A stretch of DNA of 64,000 nucleotides from Neodothiora populina (lineage: Eukaryota), in NCBI RefSeq assembly GCF_041146345.1, contig NW_027191417.1:1488001-1552000 (forward strand), in the 5' to 3' direction. Numbering within the stretch: position 1 is the first letter of the stretch; each line of letters begins with the position of its first letter. Shown in pieces: positions 37,478-50,168 of this stretch. Under the pieces are notes generated by a model. That model searched no databases. It was not told where the DNA came from and worked only from the letters and a program-made list of their open reading frames with translations. The position numbers were made by a program, and so were the translations under genes.

Positions 37478-38842
37478 TCAAGCGAAAGAAGCCTTCTTCT
37501 CGTCCTCGAAGTTGGACCTGCCATGCAGCACACCCTCAGACATGGCTCTCTTTCTCCTGCGTCCCATGATCTCCTTTGCGCGCTCAGACAGCTGGAAGCA
37601 CCAGCCGCCCGCGACTAGGACACCACTGACAACATTGACAAGGCGCACGATCAGCCCCAAGAACCCATCCCATTCCTCAGCAATAGTCAACAGAATAGGC
37701 TCAATGTCGTACTTGACGAAGACGCCAGGCACCTGGTTCTCAGGCACCGGACGGCTCTGCTCGGTCACGGCGTACTGATTCGTGAACACGGTGTTGTGGC
37801 CCCACCTGACTAGAGAGTTCTTCTCGCTTGCTTCGTCGGATGAACTGGGCGATATGGTCGGGTTTATGCGCGCCAGGGCTTTAGCGTCTGTCGTGTAGAT
37901 TGTCGGCACGACGGACAGGAAGTACTGGTATTTCTCAAAGTGGGCATCGGTGGTTGTGCGCGTATTGTCGAGGGGGTTGGAAAGGCCGGGATAGAATGGG
38001 CCGAAGGAGAGCTCCGTGATGATGTGGGAGAAGTTGAAGGCTGTAGGGGGTCCTTATTAGATATCACGTTTCCGGACTAATCCTTCCATAACAGAGATAC
38101 TCACTCTTGTGGTCCAAATGTTGGCCAAACTCTCTGTACCCGTGTCCTCTTGCCGTGATGTGAAAGTCACCCTGCACTTTGTTGCCGTCAAGAATGCCAA
38201 ACACTCTACAACTGTCCGGCAGGAGTTTGCGTGGCAGCTTCGGCGTCTTTGCGAACTTCTTTCGCCTCTTTGCAGCACCCAGATAGTCATGCACGTCTTC
38301 TTCGGCATAAGTGCTGGCCTTTCGTCCTTCGGCTTCCTTCCTCTCGGCCTCACTCATGCCCAGCGCATGCACGCCCTTGTTGTCCTGCCACTGCGACCAG
38401 CGCGTAGGGTGCTTCGTCAGCGCTTGTGCGGCAAGGATGAGATCCCCAGACGCGTCTTGCACATTTATGTGGATGTCTTCACATCTCATCGCCACAACCA
38501 TGTCTATGTTTATCTGCAGGTCATGACTGATCCCCTTCTCTACACTGAACGAGTGCGTTGTGTCTCCCACCCACCATCGCTGCAGTTCTGTAGTTGCAAG
38601 AAAGAGAGAAATCACAACAACCCATGCTGTCCACACTCCACCGGAGGTCGTCTTGGTCTGATAAGAAGGTTTCGTCTTGGCTGGATTTTATGATTAGTGG
38701 AAGTATCAAGGGTATATGTGTCTATATATGGCCGCTGTAAGGGGTGAAACCTACGAAAAGCGTCGAAAGCCTGTACAATGCTCGAGGCCTTGTTCTCACC
38801 AAAGGCACTCTCGTCGAGGCCTGAGTCGGTGAACCCATTCAT
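37478..38842 (-). CDS. ERV41: ER-Golgi vesicle protein Erv41 (ERGIC2 family); two introns (~38681-38754, ~38041-38105)
   Basis: AFDAFPKTKPSY, LQINIDMVVAMRC, CRVFGILDGNKVQGDFHITARGHGY, FNFSHIITELSFGPFYP and PGVFVKYDIEPI. Confidence 0.94.
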
Positions 38843-39871
38843 CGCTGGCAACGGGGTCTACAAGATCTATCATGAACATGTTCAAGTATGAGGCCAGCTG
38901 GACGAGGGACGCCCGCCAGGCACCTGAAACAGTTGGCCCGAGCTCACCTCCGCAGCCAGCTCCGCAATTTAGCTGTGTCGAGTCCTGTTTCTTATATAAT
39001 CTTGATACTGAACATACTGTGTAGTTTGTCTAGTGTTATTGCTCTGAGCTATTAAGGTCAAAGATTTCGTTACTTCTCGATTGATCGAGTGTTAGTCTGG
39101 CGAGAGAAGAAGACATCTGCCTGTGGTGTCTATCTGCTCAATTCGCTAAGCTCTGCGCTGCTACTATTTCAAGGGCAGGCGTCGGACACGGAGGTTCATT
39201 CTTCCGACGACTTGACCGTGCCCCGGCACCTGCTATAAAAATCCCTGCACCCTATCCTCGGAAGACCTCAGCTATCTTTCTCACAGACATTAGAGACACA
39301 AGACGCCTTCCAATGTCGCCAACCTTGTTGTAGCTCTCACCTGGTATGTAACACTATTCTCTCATCTCCATTGGCCTTTCCTCAACAGGATGAACCAACC
39401 ATTTCGTTACACCCAGCTCACTTCGACGCAAAATTGCGATTGAGAAGAACGCGAATCTACTTCTGACTTTTACACTTTTACTTCATGTCTATATCTCAGC
39501 AACACTTGCAAGCTTATCGCTGACAATGATAAAGTCTAGGTGATCATGCGATCTGAATGTCATCGACTTATACTGGTCGTATAGACTTGCAGAGGTTGTC
39601 CCTGGTAGGTGTTTATCGCATATTAGTAGGCAATTTGTACACAAGATACAACCAGACAGTCACTGTGGGCACGCGAGACACTTCAGTTCTATTAGCAAAA
39701 TCAAATTTATTTCAAAAGTGAAATTCATACGCTGTTCCTAATACCCATCCCTACATTGACTCTTTCCAAGTTCGTGCTGAGCAGTGCGACATCTCCCCCC
39801 TTCATCCTGTTTCTTCTACTACCATCTCCTTCACTGATGCCGTTCCCCTCCATGTTAACTTTCTTGAATTT

Positions 39872-40369
39872 CTACTGTTGCCTCGATGGTCCACCTCTCA
39901 CTGCTTGATCATAAGCAGGAGGCTGCGACTCATGCACGCGAACTTCGTTGCTCCTAGTCTTGGAACACGACGGATCTGAGGATCTCAGCTCTGCCGTATC
40001 ATTATTTTCACGAGCCCCTGCAGACGACGACGACGACGACGCTGCAGCACGCTGATGAGCAGCATCCATATCTCTCAGATACGCCTCATACGAGTCACTG
40101 CCATTCCTAGCAATCGAGGCGTGCTCATATGCCTGGCGTTGCTGCTGCACTAAAGAAGCGTCATGTGCCTTTCTGTCTCGACGATGCTTGTAGAGATCGA
40201 CGCCAGCGGTCACGGCGAGGCCTATCAGACCTTGTGGACGGTCTCGTCGACCGCGTACTTTGTTGATCATGACGGGCTGTGCTGCGTACGTAGGATATGC
40301 GGGGCCGTAGTACACGGTCGAGTAGGCTCTGTCGCTTCGATCTAGACCTCTGCAGATTATTCGTGCCAT
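39872..40369 (-). CDS. Small hypothetical protein (~165 aa) with a C-terminal PPAY motif
   Basis: Open ATG-initiated ORF with GLIGLAVTAG and a PPAYDQ motif. No family recognised. Confidence 0.6.
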   Translation of the reverse strand: MARIICRGLDRSDRAYSTVYYGPAYPTYAAQPVMINKVRGRRDRPQGLIGLAVTAGVDLYKHRRDRKAHDASLVQQQRQAYEHASIARNGSDSYEAYLRDMDAAHQRAAASSSSSSAGARENNDTAELRSSDPSCSKTRSNEVRVHESQPPAYDQAVRGGPSRQQ

Positions 40370-40700
40370 TGTGTTGGATAAGTGTAGTTGGGTTGAGACG
40401 TGGTTATGTAAGATTGTATGGTTGCAGGTGAAATATGGTTGCAAATATGCTGATGAGGTTACGCTGTGGATATGGATAGGTAGAAAGATATATGAATTGA
40501 CAGATTGATGGGTTGATATGGGAAGAAAAATCAGTGCTCATGAGGTGGGGAATCGCACCATACTTATGTCAATCGAGTCTACATAGTTCTATGCAGATGT
40601 CATCCTTTGTAACCTAAGCCCAACACAAACAGTGCCTATAATTAACGTTGTACCACCTAGGTAGACACACAGCCTACTGCTTATTGCATTCGCGCTCGCT

Positions 40701-40747
40701 TTCGGATTCGGATTCGGTTTCGTACCCGCATCCGCATTCGGTTTCGT
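40701..40747. promoter_or_regulatory. Tandem TTCGG(A/T)T repeats with two copies of TTCGGTTTCGT
   Basis: TTCGGATTCGGATTCGGTTTCGT...TTCGGTTTCGT lies upstream of the minus-strand gene that starts at 40369. Confidence 0.4.
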
Positions 40748-40945
40748 TTGCGCTGCAACTAATGTCACTGATCTATATGCTTTTCTGTTTTATGAAAGTA
40801 TGCGGAGGAAGGATCTACTGTCGATTCGATAGAATCGCAAAGGTAGTGTTGTATATGATTGGCATCAAGTCGCTGCGAAGCCTTGCGTTGTCTCTAGATT
40901 AGAATCAGAACCCGCGTGAGGTTCCATCACTCAGCCTCGACAACG

Positions 40946-42253
40946 TCAAGCCGCGTTCGCTGTATCGAAACGTGAAATCATTTCCAAAGGCCATGCCATG
41001 GCCCATCTCCAGGAGTCTGGCATGATGGAATTGACCCCAAAAACTTCGCGCTCGGCCGCACCCGCAAACCACCAATATTGCTCTACTCGCTTGACAAGAG
41101 CCATGTAATGGGCATATATAGCCAGCGCTCGAGGTCGCTCCTCTGCCAGTAAGCCAATGAATCTCCTCGGAACCACCGGTGCAAACGCCATGGCACTCCG
41201 ACAGAGCTCGCGGGAACTGTCACCGCGTAGGACACCGGAGTGTAGCTCGTTGACATATGTCACGGTCTTCGCATAAGCTGCGACAGTATCGCTATCTGAA
41301 TCTTCGGCTTCGGCAGCATCCTCAAATTCAAGCAACTGCGAAAACGGGGGCTTCACGCTCAAGCCCAAGGCTGTCGAAGTTCCGTCCGGCCTTGTGTCCG
41401 AGAAAACCACCGAAAACTTGTCTCGTCCCCACCGAATCATTCTGCTGAGATGAGTCTGATCTGAGATGTATGGCATGGCAGCCTGAATGATGGGACCAGT
41501 CGCTTGAGAAATATAGAGAGCTTGGATCGGAGGAGAGTAGGAATTCTCCCTCGAGTGCTCAGAGTCAATGGGGGACAACAGCCTGTTCGCAATCATGGCG
41601 AGCATGACTGAAGCCAAAGTCAAAGCTTCTCCGTTATCGTTACTGATAGATGCCAATTCTGTCCTTTGTTGGTGCAAAGCAAGATTCAAATAAAAGCGGT
41701 GTATCTGTGCAAAATCCATGCCTTGAAAGGCTGCAGGCAGTTTGGTAGAGGGGGCCTCATCCTCATCCTGATTTAATTGAGGACTCAGTCTAAGTACAGC
41801 CGTGTGAAGCGCAGTGATGGCAAGAATGGTATTCTGGAGGAACGGAAATGAAAAGGAAAGCTCAACTGCATCTCTTGGATACAGATACCGCAATTCCGGA
41901 TCCTCTGCTGCTGGAAACGTCAATGAGACCGCAGAGATAAAGCGATGTAACAAGAACAGCTCTAATTGCTTGCGTTGCAACCCGCTAATGTCCAAAAGAT
42001 TGGCTTCATGACTTCCATTAGGGTCAGCCGTGACGCTGTCAACTAAGTTTGGTGAGGCGTCGGTGCTCCCTCTGCTTGAGCTGTTCGCAGCGATCTTGTC
42101 TCTACGCGGCGGTAACGAGATGTCGTATGTGCACTTCACCCTGTGGCGCAGACATGCAGTGCAATCAGGCTTCCGCTCATCGCATTTGATCTTGCGCTGT
42201 TTACATGTGGTACACCCTGTCCGGGACTTTCGATGATTCAATCTCGGTGGCAT
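40946..42253 (-). CDS. Zn(II)2Cys6 transcription factor (Upc2-like architecture), intronless
   Basis: HRKSRTGCTTCKQRKIKCDERKPDCTACLRHRVKC, plus ELFLLHRF, FLQNTILAITALH and ALAIYAHY...WRWAMAWP. Confidence 0.93.
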   Translation of the reverse strand: MPPRLNHRKSRTGCTTCKQRKIKCDERKPDCTACLRHRVKCTYDISLPPRRDKIAANSSSRGSTDASPNLVDSVTADPNGSHEANLLDISGLQRKQLELFLLHRFISAVSLTFPAAEDPELRYLYPRDAVELSFSFPFLQNTILAITALHTAVLRLSPQLNQDEDEAPSTKLPAAFQGMDFAQIHRFYLNLALHQQRTELASISNDNGEALTLASVMLAMIANRLLSPIDSEHSRENSYSPPIQALYISQATGPIIQAAMPYISDQTHLSRMIRWGRDKFSVVFSDTRPDGTSTALGLSVKPPFSQLLEFEDAAEAEDSDSDTVAAYAKTVTYVNELHSGVLRGDSSRELCRSAMAFAPVVPRRFIGLLAEERPRALAIYAHYMALVKRVEQYWWFAGAAEREVFGVNSIMPDSWRWAMAWPLEMISRFDTANAA

Positions 42254-42732
42254 AGGAATGACATGAGTTTGGCTAGTCGTTCAAGTCCCTCCATGAAAGA
42301 TCGCACTCCATGAATATCGTTAAGCTAAGGTAAGTCAGAAATTCGTAGGCAGCCTTGCCTGATACTACTGTAGCTGTAAGTGACAGGAGCGCATCCTTCT
42401 TCTCGGAAATAGTGGGGCTATCACCTTGATTGGTCCCTTGGCACTCGGTCTCGGTTTCGGTTTCGTCCTTTCATCTACGAGACCAAGTAAAAATTGAGGC
42501 TGGACTTGTACGTAGCAACCTATCTGATCCATCAACATGAAATTGCACTTCACCATGTCAAGTAGGGAAGCGGTCTCGATGCAAGGTAGGTGCAGGTTAA
42601 GGAGTATAAGTATCAGCGTGGGTCGATAGAATTCATCACTACCACCACATCTTCGGTCACATATTTGCAAAATTCCATCGTTCGAATTATAGCGTAACGA
42701 AACCACAATTCGATCAGGCATCAGCCGTAGTC

Positions 42733-43569
42733 ATGGCTCTCGACGATACAACAAGCCTCGCGGTAGCAGAGCTCATCATATACTTTCTCATGCTTCCTCT
42801 CGTAATATACGTTTTGGTGCAACACGGAAAGTACGGCATTGTTGCGTACCTATACCTGACCATCTTCGTCACCCTTCGTATCATCGCCGCAGCAATCCAG
42901 GTCGCCGCATATAACGAAGGAAAGCCACGGTCCACTGCCGGCGCCGTGATCGACTCAGTTGGCTTGAGCCCATTGGTACTGTGTGTTGGTGGTGTGCTCC
43001 ATGAGATCCAGCATCATCTTCACTGTCTCGGTATGAAGGCTCGGGCTCTTTCAATAGCATTATATGTCTCAGTACATACAATGGCTATCACCGGCATAGC
43101 TCTTGCTGCTACGGGAGCATCAAACCTGGCAGGGTCGGGAATCACGGCAGAAGATGTGTCTCATTACCAGACGTATCAAGAGACAGGGGCAGTACTGCTG
43201 CTTGTTGCATGCATTGTCTTAGTCTTGGTCACGGCGTGGTTGATATCGTCCATCCGTTCGGTGATCTACCCCAACATCTTTCAACAGTATCTGGCCTTGT
43301 GCGCTGCACTTGTCCCCTTGATGGTTCGTGCCATATATGGAGTGGTAGCTGCCTTTGACCACGACGTTGCCATCAATCCCATTACTGGGACTCTCGGCAT
43401 TCGAGTAGCACTTGTCTTCTTGATGCTGCTTCTGACTGCCATCTTCATAATCGCTGGGGGTTTCATCTCCAGGCATGTTGCGAAGGAAGCTGCAAGGCAA
43501 GGTCTGGAGAACACGGAGACCTTAGATGGAGTTCGTTGTGACGACGTCGGACGAAATCTAGAGAAGTAA
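42733..43569 (+). CDS. Seven-TM fungal integral membrane protein, divergent from the Zn2Cys6 gene
   Basis: 278-aa ORF with about 7 hydrophobic segments and motifs HGKYGIVAYLYL, SVGLSPLVL and PLMVRAIY. Confidence 0.8.
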   Translation: MALDDTTSLAVAELIIYFLMLPLVIYVLVQHGKYGIVAYLYLTIFVTLRIIAAAIQVAAYNEGKPRSTAGAVIDSVGLSPLVLCVGGVLHEIQHHLHCLGMKARALSIALYVSVHTMAITGIALAATGASNLAGSGITAEDVSHYQTYQETGAVLLLVACIVLVLVTAWLISSIRSVIYPNIFQQYLALCAALVPLMVRAIYGVVAAFDHDVAINPITGTLGIRVALVFLMLLLTAIFIIAGGFISRHVAKEAARQGLENTETLDGVRCDDVGRNLEK

Positions 43570-44936
43570 GCATGGCTTGAGAGAACAACGGTACCAAGCA
43601 CCATGCTCGTCAATGAGGACAAGTGCGGTCGGCTTTTGAGGATTGTTTCCTTAGCAGAACGTCCTTTCCAAGCAAAGATGAAGGCGATAGTGATGACATA
43701 GGATAAGCAATCGAGAAGTTCCAGGGACAACGAGCAACCGAGGTGCATCTGATGGCCTTCTCTCCGTATGATGGGTGATAGATAGAATTACGTATCAGCA
43801 CATGTAGGAACCAGTTCTTCGGTATCGCTTAGTTTGCCTGCTTGTAAGGTATCTACCCGTATGTACTAAATCGTCCCAGCTTGCGTGATCTCAGATCTCG
43901 GTACAGGTGCGCGTCGCCGCATCATTATATTGCAATGTATCGGCGAGGTCCGTTATAAGGCTTGCACGAAGCGAGAGATAAGACCGGACGCTCCTCACTT
44001 TGTACAGTAATTACCTTAACTCTTCCAGCCGACCATACGGGTTTATGAAAAGTCTAGGACACTCATGACACGGTGCACTTCAATGCTATGCTCGGAAGAG
44101 TCAAACCATGACTCGATTTGACATCGGTGAGATGGGGTGTGGGGCATTTTTGACTTTGTAGACCATTTACCGTCTTCAAGATACAATACCATAGCAGGTC
44201 TTCAGTGAAAGGTGCGTGGAACGTTTAGTCTACAGCATTGGTCAAATCAGCTTACGTTGAGACGAAAAGCCAAATTCAAGTGCCACAACTCAAAGGGTGT
44301 GAGATCTCCACCCACTCGGATTTGACGGTATGCACCCTCATGCAGAAGCCCCGCATGAACACTCCGTTCCGTGCCAATTAGGACTGAGACGAGAGCTAGA
44401 TGTGGGTTCGTCACCTCGAATAGTCTTAGGATGATCCACACCTCGGAAGTGACTATAGCGAGATTGACATGCCGCTACTTGACGGCAGTGCATCGAACAG
44501 TCGTCTTCATGGTCGATCTCCTGGATCATATTTTCTACCAGAGCCTGCAGGGTCTGTGGATCTGACCTCCCCTCTAACGTAGTGATTTACTGTACCTCTC
44601 GGGATGTTCTGATGTGTTGCGGCAGTCAATCTCTTGTGGCACAGGGCCTCACTCTGCTATGGCTCACGGTTTGCTTCGTCCGGTTAGCCTCTTACGTCGA
44701 CCTGTCCCCAGTGTCTTGATTGCCATCGCAGCGCCCCCAATCCGACTAGCCAGATCTGCAGCAAGTAAAACGTAACTGCAAATAGTGAACCCTCTGCATT
44801 CGCCGAGATGGATGCTGACTCGGCTCGGACATTATTTATGTTCTTCGCCCATCGTTTTCTTGTGTCTGGATGTCCCACAGGGTCACTACTCTACCCTTCT
44901 CGACCAATTGATTATCTATGAGACTAGCCTTATATC

Positions 44937-46031
44937 ATGAGAAGAAAGTCTGCCTCTGCGGAGCCTTGGACTGGTTTCCAGTTCCTCAATTTCAGGTATG
45001 CTTGGTTACGACCAGATAGGTCGGCTTCGAGTAACCATTGCGCTTGGATAGTCATCCCGAAGAAGCAAAAGACCAACGAACAAGGAAAGCTGTCCGGAGC
45101 CATGTCACTCGAAAGCAACATCACAAGGAAAGACATGACCATGGCACGGCGATTACAGCAACGGCGTTGGCTCGACGAACTCACAGTATGCCGCAATTGC
45201 ATGCTGTTCAAAATCCCTGGCTTCCATATATGGAGAGAACAGCAAGCTCGCCCTACAACATGCCGAAGCCCATGGTCACGACCAAGGGAGGGGTATTACC
45301 TATCTCTGCTCAATCCGAGGATATGTCATCGTCATATACCAAGCCAGCTTCACCTGTCTCGCCCACCTCTTCATTCGTCACTCGCTCGCCCTCTCCATTA
45401 GTCGGCAAGCTAGATCCAAGACAATTATACCCTGCATCATGGCAGCCTCACATAACGATAGCACTCGATACATGTGAGTGAAGCGTGCCTTGAAGATTGT
45501 TACCTGACTGACAGGGTGTCAGATCTGTACAGCATCACAAGTGACATACTTAACACCCAAGATGCCGCTACCTTGGACTTACTCCGCACTCGTTGGATGC
45601 CCTTCATAATGACTGATGCAGCGCTACTACATGCAACTCTGCTTGTTGCAGCATCATTGTACGAATCCCGCCCCAATCATCGAACGCACACCATCGACCT
45701 ACTTCAACTCAAAGGCATGACTATCCGCGCCATCAACGATTCGCTCGAGGATCCCATTAAGTCTGGAAGTGATCAGCTTATCGCGGCCATCCTAGCTATG
45801 GTACATTTCGAAGCGTTCTGGGGTGAAGATCAGGCCGAAGCCTACAAATTTCATATGCTGGGTCTTGTCCACCTGGTGCGCATTAGAGGTGGTCTGGCGC
45901 AGCTGGGCCTGGACGGCCTCCTCACGCGTATAATTCTATCCGTCGATTACCATGCTGCTCGGAAGAACGGCAGCGAACCTTTCTTTGCGCGCGAAAGTTC
46001 ACCTACACACCATAAGCCTAGCACTTTCTAA
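44937..46031 (+). CDS. Fungal-specific transcription-factor-domain protein lacking a Zn cluster; introns ~44996-45051, ~45474-45522
   Basis: FQFLNFS|HPEEAKDQRTRKAVRSHV, MTDAALLHATLLVAAS, SDQLIAAILAMVHFE and HMLGLVHLVRIRGGLAQLGLDG. Confidence 0.85.
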
Positions 46032-47836
46032 AATGATGAAGACCAGGATGCAGCATTATCGTGGAGCCCTACGTATCACGAGCTATTGTGAGCAGAGTGG
46101 AACCTATGGCATTTGAAAATTGGCGAGGCCATAAAGCAAACGACAGATACCCTCTACCAAAGTAAAAATCAGAAATTGGGACCATCCTCATCGTTTCCCA
46201 TTCATGCTTACATTCGCTTTGGTAATCGCTTCTGTACGCCCGTGTGTGCAATGCCTTTTAGCGCCATAAAGATCAATACATTCCGCAGTGATGAGACCGA
46301 GGAAGCTATGATGTGCCATAGTGCGGTCCACAGGTTGTGCTGTAATGGTCTAGTGTTTCCTGAGCTGCGACTTCCGCAGGATTTCGGTTAAGGCGCCTGA
46401 TGAAGGATTTGCTTCACATATCGAGTGAAGGCATGGTTCAAAAGGAGTCAGCTCGTCAGAAGCTCTGGTGTACTGTACATTTGTATGTCGGTGACATCGA
46501 AGTCAACTCTATCTCGTCGACGAGGCCGCCCTGCAGGAGCAGGAAGGATAGGCTTCGGGCACGTTCCCTAGTCGTCGTACCTCGATCGGGAATTACACGG
46601 TATCAACTCCGAAGGTCCCATGCAAAACATGGTGGTGTTTCCGAGTGGTTCCTCTAGATGCCTTAGAAACATCACTTGATTATCCTATCTTGAGCGCAAT
46701 ATAGATGAGCCACCAGAACTTCCAGAGCAACTTTTGGAGCATCTGAAGCCATATCAGATGACCAAGGTCATGACCAAGATCATGACCTTTTCCAAGCTCA
46801 AAATCTATCGTTCCACGTATAGCCCTAGTCCTGAAACTTGGGCTTACAAGTACCTCAAGGTTATAGCTGTAGCGTGTCTTAAAGCAGTCAAGGTGACCTG
46901 CACACTCCGAGGAGCATGAACTTACATTCGTGCCTCGCAACGACTTATCCACCTTACCATAACAGCCTTGGCTAACGTACTGGTCAAGCTGAGATAGATC
47001 ACTGGGTATACAGCTGTACTCTGAACTGGACGCTAGAGACCTACTGTACGTAGACAAGCCAGCCATACGAAGGGTCTGTGATATGATATATTTCTTCTGC
47101 ATCTCCTGCATCTCCTGCATATCATGATCGTGATCGACTAACCATATTGCGTCACTTCCTTGGTTCTGCATTTACGGCAAGTAGATGCCTTCTTTCCGCG
47201 ACTAGGTTCCAACCGAGAAACGTTGGGGGTGAGAGTCCTCCTTCAGAATTATAGTTCCTGTGTCCTTAATGCCTTGAGCATTGCTACTCCATGTTCGGCA
47301 TCCACAAGCAAGGCAGCGTCGCACGTAGAAGTACATACAGTACGATACTTTATTAGGCTGAGATAACACACCTGTGCTCGATGTCTCAAGGGGTCCGAAC
47401 ATTGTTACTACTGTGCACTACAGGTCACGCTTGTAGCCTCGGCAATGACATGTTCTGTACTGGTCAGCTGTGGATCATCGCCGGGGATGTGAATCCTGCA
47501 TCCGCTCCACAATCCTGCTTGCAACCGCATACCGAGGACCACGTACTCTATACAAGAGTGTTCTTTTTCTTCGAGAGCCCCATCATGCACTGACCATTCG
47601 TAACGCACCAATCCGCAGCTGCGAATAAATCAAAATATGGACTTTGTCCAAACCTAAACCACCGACATCTTGATCTGCCTGAAGTTTATCTTGCATGGAC
47701 ACTCACAATCGGTCACTCGACAACCTGCTCTGTTCTCCACAGCACACAGACATATTTGCTAGCGACATATGCCGGCGGTATATGAAGTGTAGGTGGCCTC
47801 CATGTTCGGGCCATGAGTGCACCAGGATCCACTCGG

Positions 47837-47858
47837 ACTACTACTACTACTACTACTA
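47837..47858. repeat. (CTA)n microsatellite
   Basis: Sequence reads actactactactactactacta. Confidence 0.85.
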
Positions 47859-50168
47859 GACATGTGCGAAAGTGGTCCACGATACGGTTAAGACAATACT
47901 GACACTTGCTTAGTGGGGGGTGGGGCCAAAAAGCATATCGACATGTGAAGTCCCATTAAACAGACATCGTGCATCGTCTACTTCAACAAGACATCCACGA
48001 CTGTTCTAGGGTTGTTCTAGTTCTCTATTCTCCCGTGTCGTCGCTACCTTTTGCCCACCCCACCAGCCACCTGATTCGTGGCATGTTCGCAGCAAACGCC
48101 CCATGTTGTGGTGGATCAATAATCTCAGTGGATCGGACTGGTGGACCCGCCCTAATCACTGGTTCCGCCGGGTAGGGATGCGATACTTGCAGGTCCCTGG
48201 TTTGCCGTACCCGAACTGCTAGGCTGTACCGTAACCAAGTATCTTGCTAGATATGCGCCCGGCACTTTCAATTGGTGGGAATGCTCAAATATCTACTTCT
48301 GTCCCCTGTTTTGTACGCGTGGAATCTGGTAAGCTACACCAGGTCTATATGATGCAATACTGACTTGATCGAATCATCTTAGATACAGTCACCGTACGCT
48401 GAATATTGCGAATACCTCATTATCAATCCCGAGGATTGAGGTAGCCATTGATCCGTCGGCGCGATACCATGCTTGTCTACTTGGAGGATGTAGACAAGTG
48501 GCTTTCCAAATCCATCTTCGACGAGATAGTCGAGGCTGTCTGTTATCTCCAACTAGTTATCTGACCGACGCGCATGCTAGTATCGTTTCCTGCAATCAGA
48601 AAGAGCGTGCCTTCCCAGTACCCAGCCGTCCGGACATCATGCCGTTGCTGTGCTTGTTGACCACTCGAAGACGGCGAAATACTGGTTCCACCACAGCAAC
48701 ATCTTTGAGCTACGTGAAAATCGGTTTCATCTCACATCACTCTCATGCAAGTATGATACTGTACTATGATTTGCCAGGAGCTCAGACTCGAAGGCAGATT
48801 CATTTACGAGCAGAAGTAGGTATTTGTTATATACTCGTTTTGATGCTTATTATTGTGCTCCAACACTTCCAAGCAACGATTCAAACCAGAGAATCGATAA
48901 CATTCAATCGATTTGTCCGACAGCTGTCTTGCGATACCTCACTTTGCTTGCGCGTTGTGGAGCACAGCCGAGTGCAGGACAGGGTTGGTGTCTGTCTAGC
49001 ATTGTCCCAAAAGTCGTCTCCGTAACCTTCACCAGAAGCAGTACAATGAGACTTGAGTTTGAAGCAGTATTTCTAGATAGACATATCCGTAAGTTGGCAT
49101 TGACTCACCTTTAAAAAGTCACTCTAGTAAGTACGAGCACAAGGATACTATCACACTAGCTGCCTGAAGCCTCCTCTTCAACACCAGATTAGATTAGGGT
49201 TGAAGGAGGACACACACATCCAGCAGCTGCTGCACCTTAAAAAATAAGGTAAGCATACGTCATGCAGACGGGCGGTAACTTGCATTCCAGGCGAATATGT
49301 AATGATCTCTCAAGCAAGGTCCCGTTTTGCTTTCTGCGATGAGGCACATTAGTATGTGCGACGTTGAGATGTTAGATTTAATCTTCAAGCATGTTTGGAT
49401 TCTCGCGTGCCTTGCTTCACGTTGAGGACCGCGATGTTACTAAATTTGGAACAAGACGCTGAGAGATCTGGCCGATCTACTCGTAAATTACTGTACAGCG
49501 CTTGCTGTACGTACAGGTACCTACTGTAAGATTGTGGGCGGAATCGTGGGGGAGAAAAGGCAATCCTTGGCGTTTGTTGACTTGGCCACAAGTTCGTCGG
49601 TCATGTGTCTGTTTACAGCCAATCTTGTTTTACACGAGGCAAGAACCTGAAGTCATGGGACGCCTTCATGACCGAATGCCTCCATCACTACTCTAGTAGG
49701 TTAGTAACGAAGAAGTGAGCGTACTCCTCTCGTATATGTGTGAGGTCCCCCTTTCGTGTCGCGTAGTTACCAGCGCCACCGCCCTCGCAGTGGAAATGAG
49801 ACTTTTGTGGATCAAGGTAAGTTAGTATAGGGTGGTAGTATAACGGCTTCCGTATACGATTCCACCAACCGTTGTTTGGGTTCAACTAAAGTAATACACA
49901 ATCGTCTGGATTATCGATAACATTCAACAAGTTTCCTGCTGCTGAAACATTGCACTTTTCCATTCCTTTGCTCGCGACTTTTCGTCTTGTTTGTACAGCG
50001 TCATTAAGCGCCTTGCATTGCGTAGTGCTGCCATTCTTCTTGGTGTCTTGCGGTTGTCATCTGGCTCTTTTTTCAAGGCACAGCCGGTTCCAGGGGACTC
50101 AAATACAATCTATTCGAAAGCACGAGGTGTAGCGGCAAGACAGACCTACTCATTGGGCGCACGAGAAC

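Noticed and set aside
44028..44070. CGACCATACGGGT...GAAAA resembles the 5' end of fungal 5S rRNA
   Set aside because: The similarity stops after about 20 nt, and no internal promoter boxes or complementary 3' stem are visible.
48498..49114. 175-aa GTG-initiated ORF and overlapping ORFs
   Set aside because: Non-ATG start, random-looking composition and no family features.
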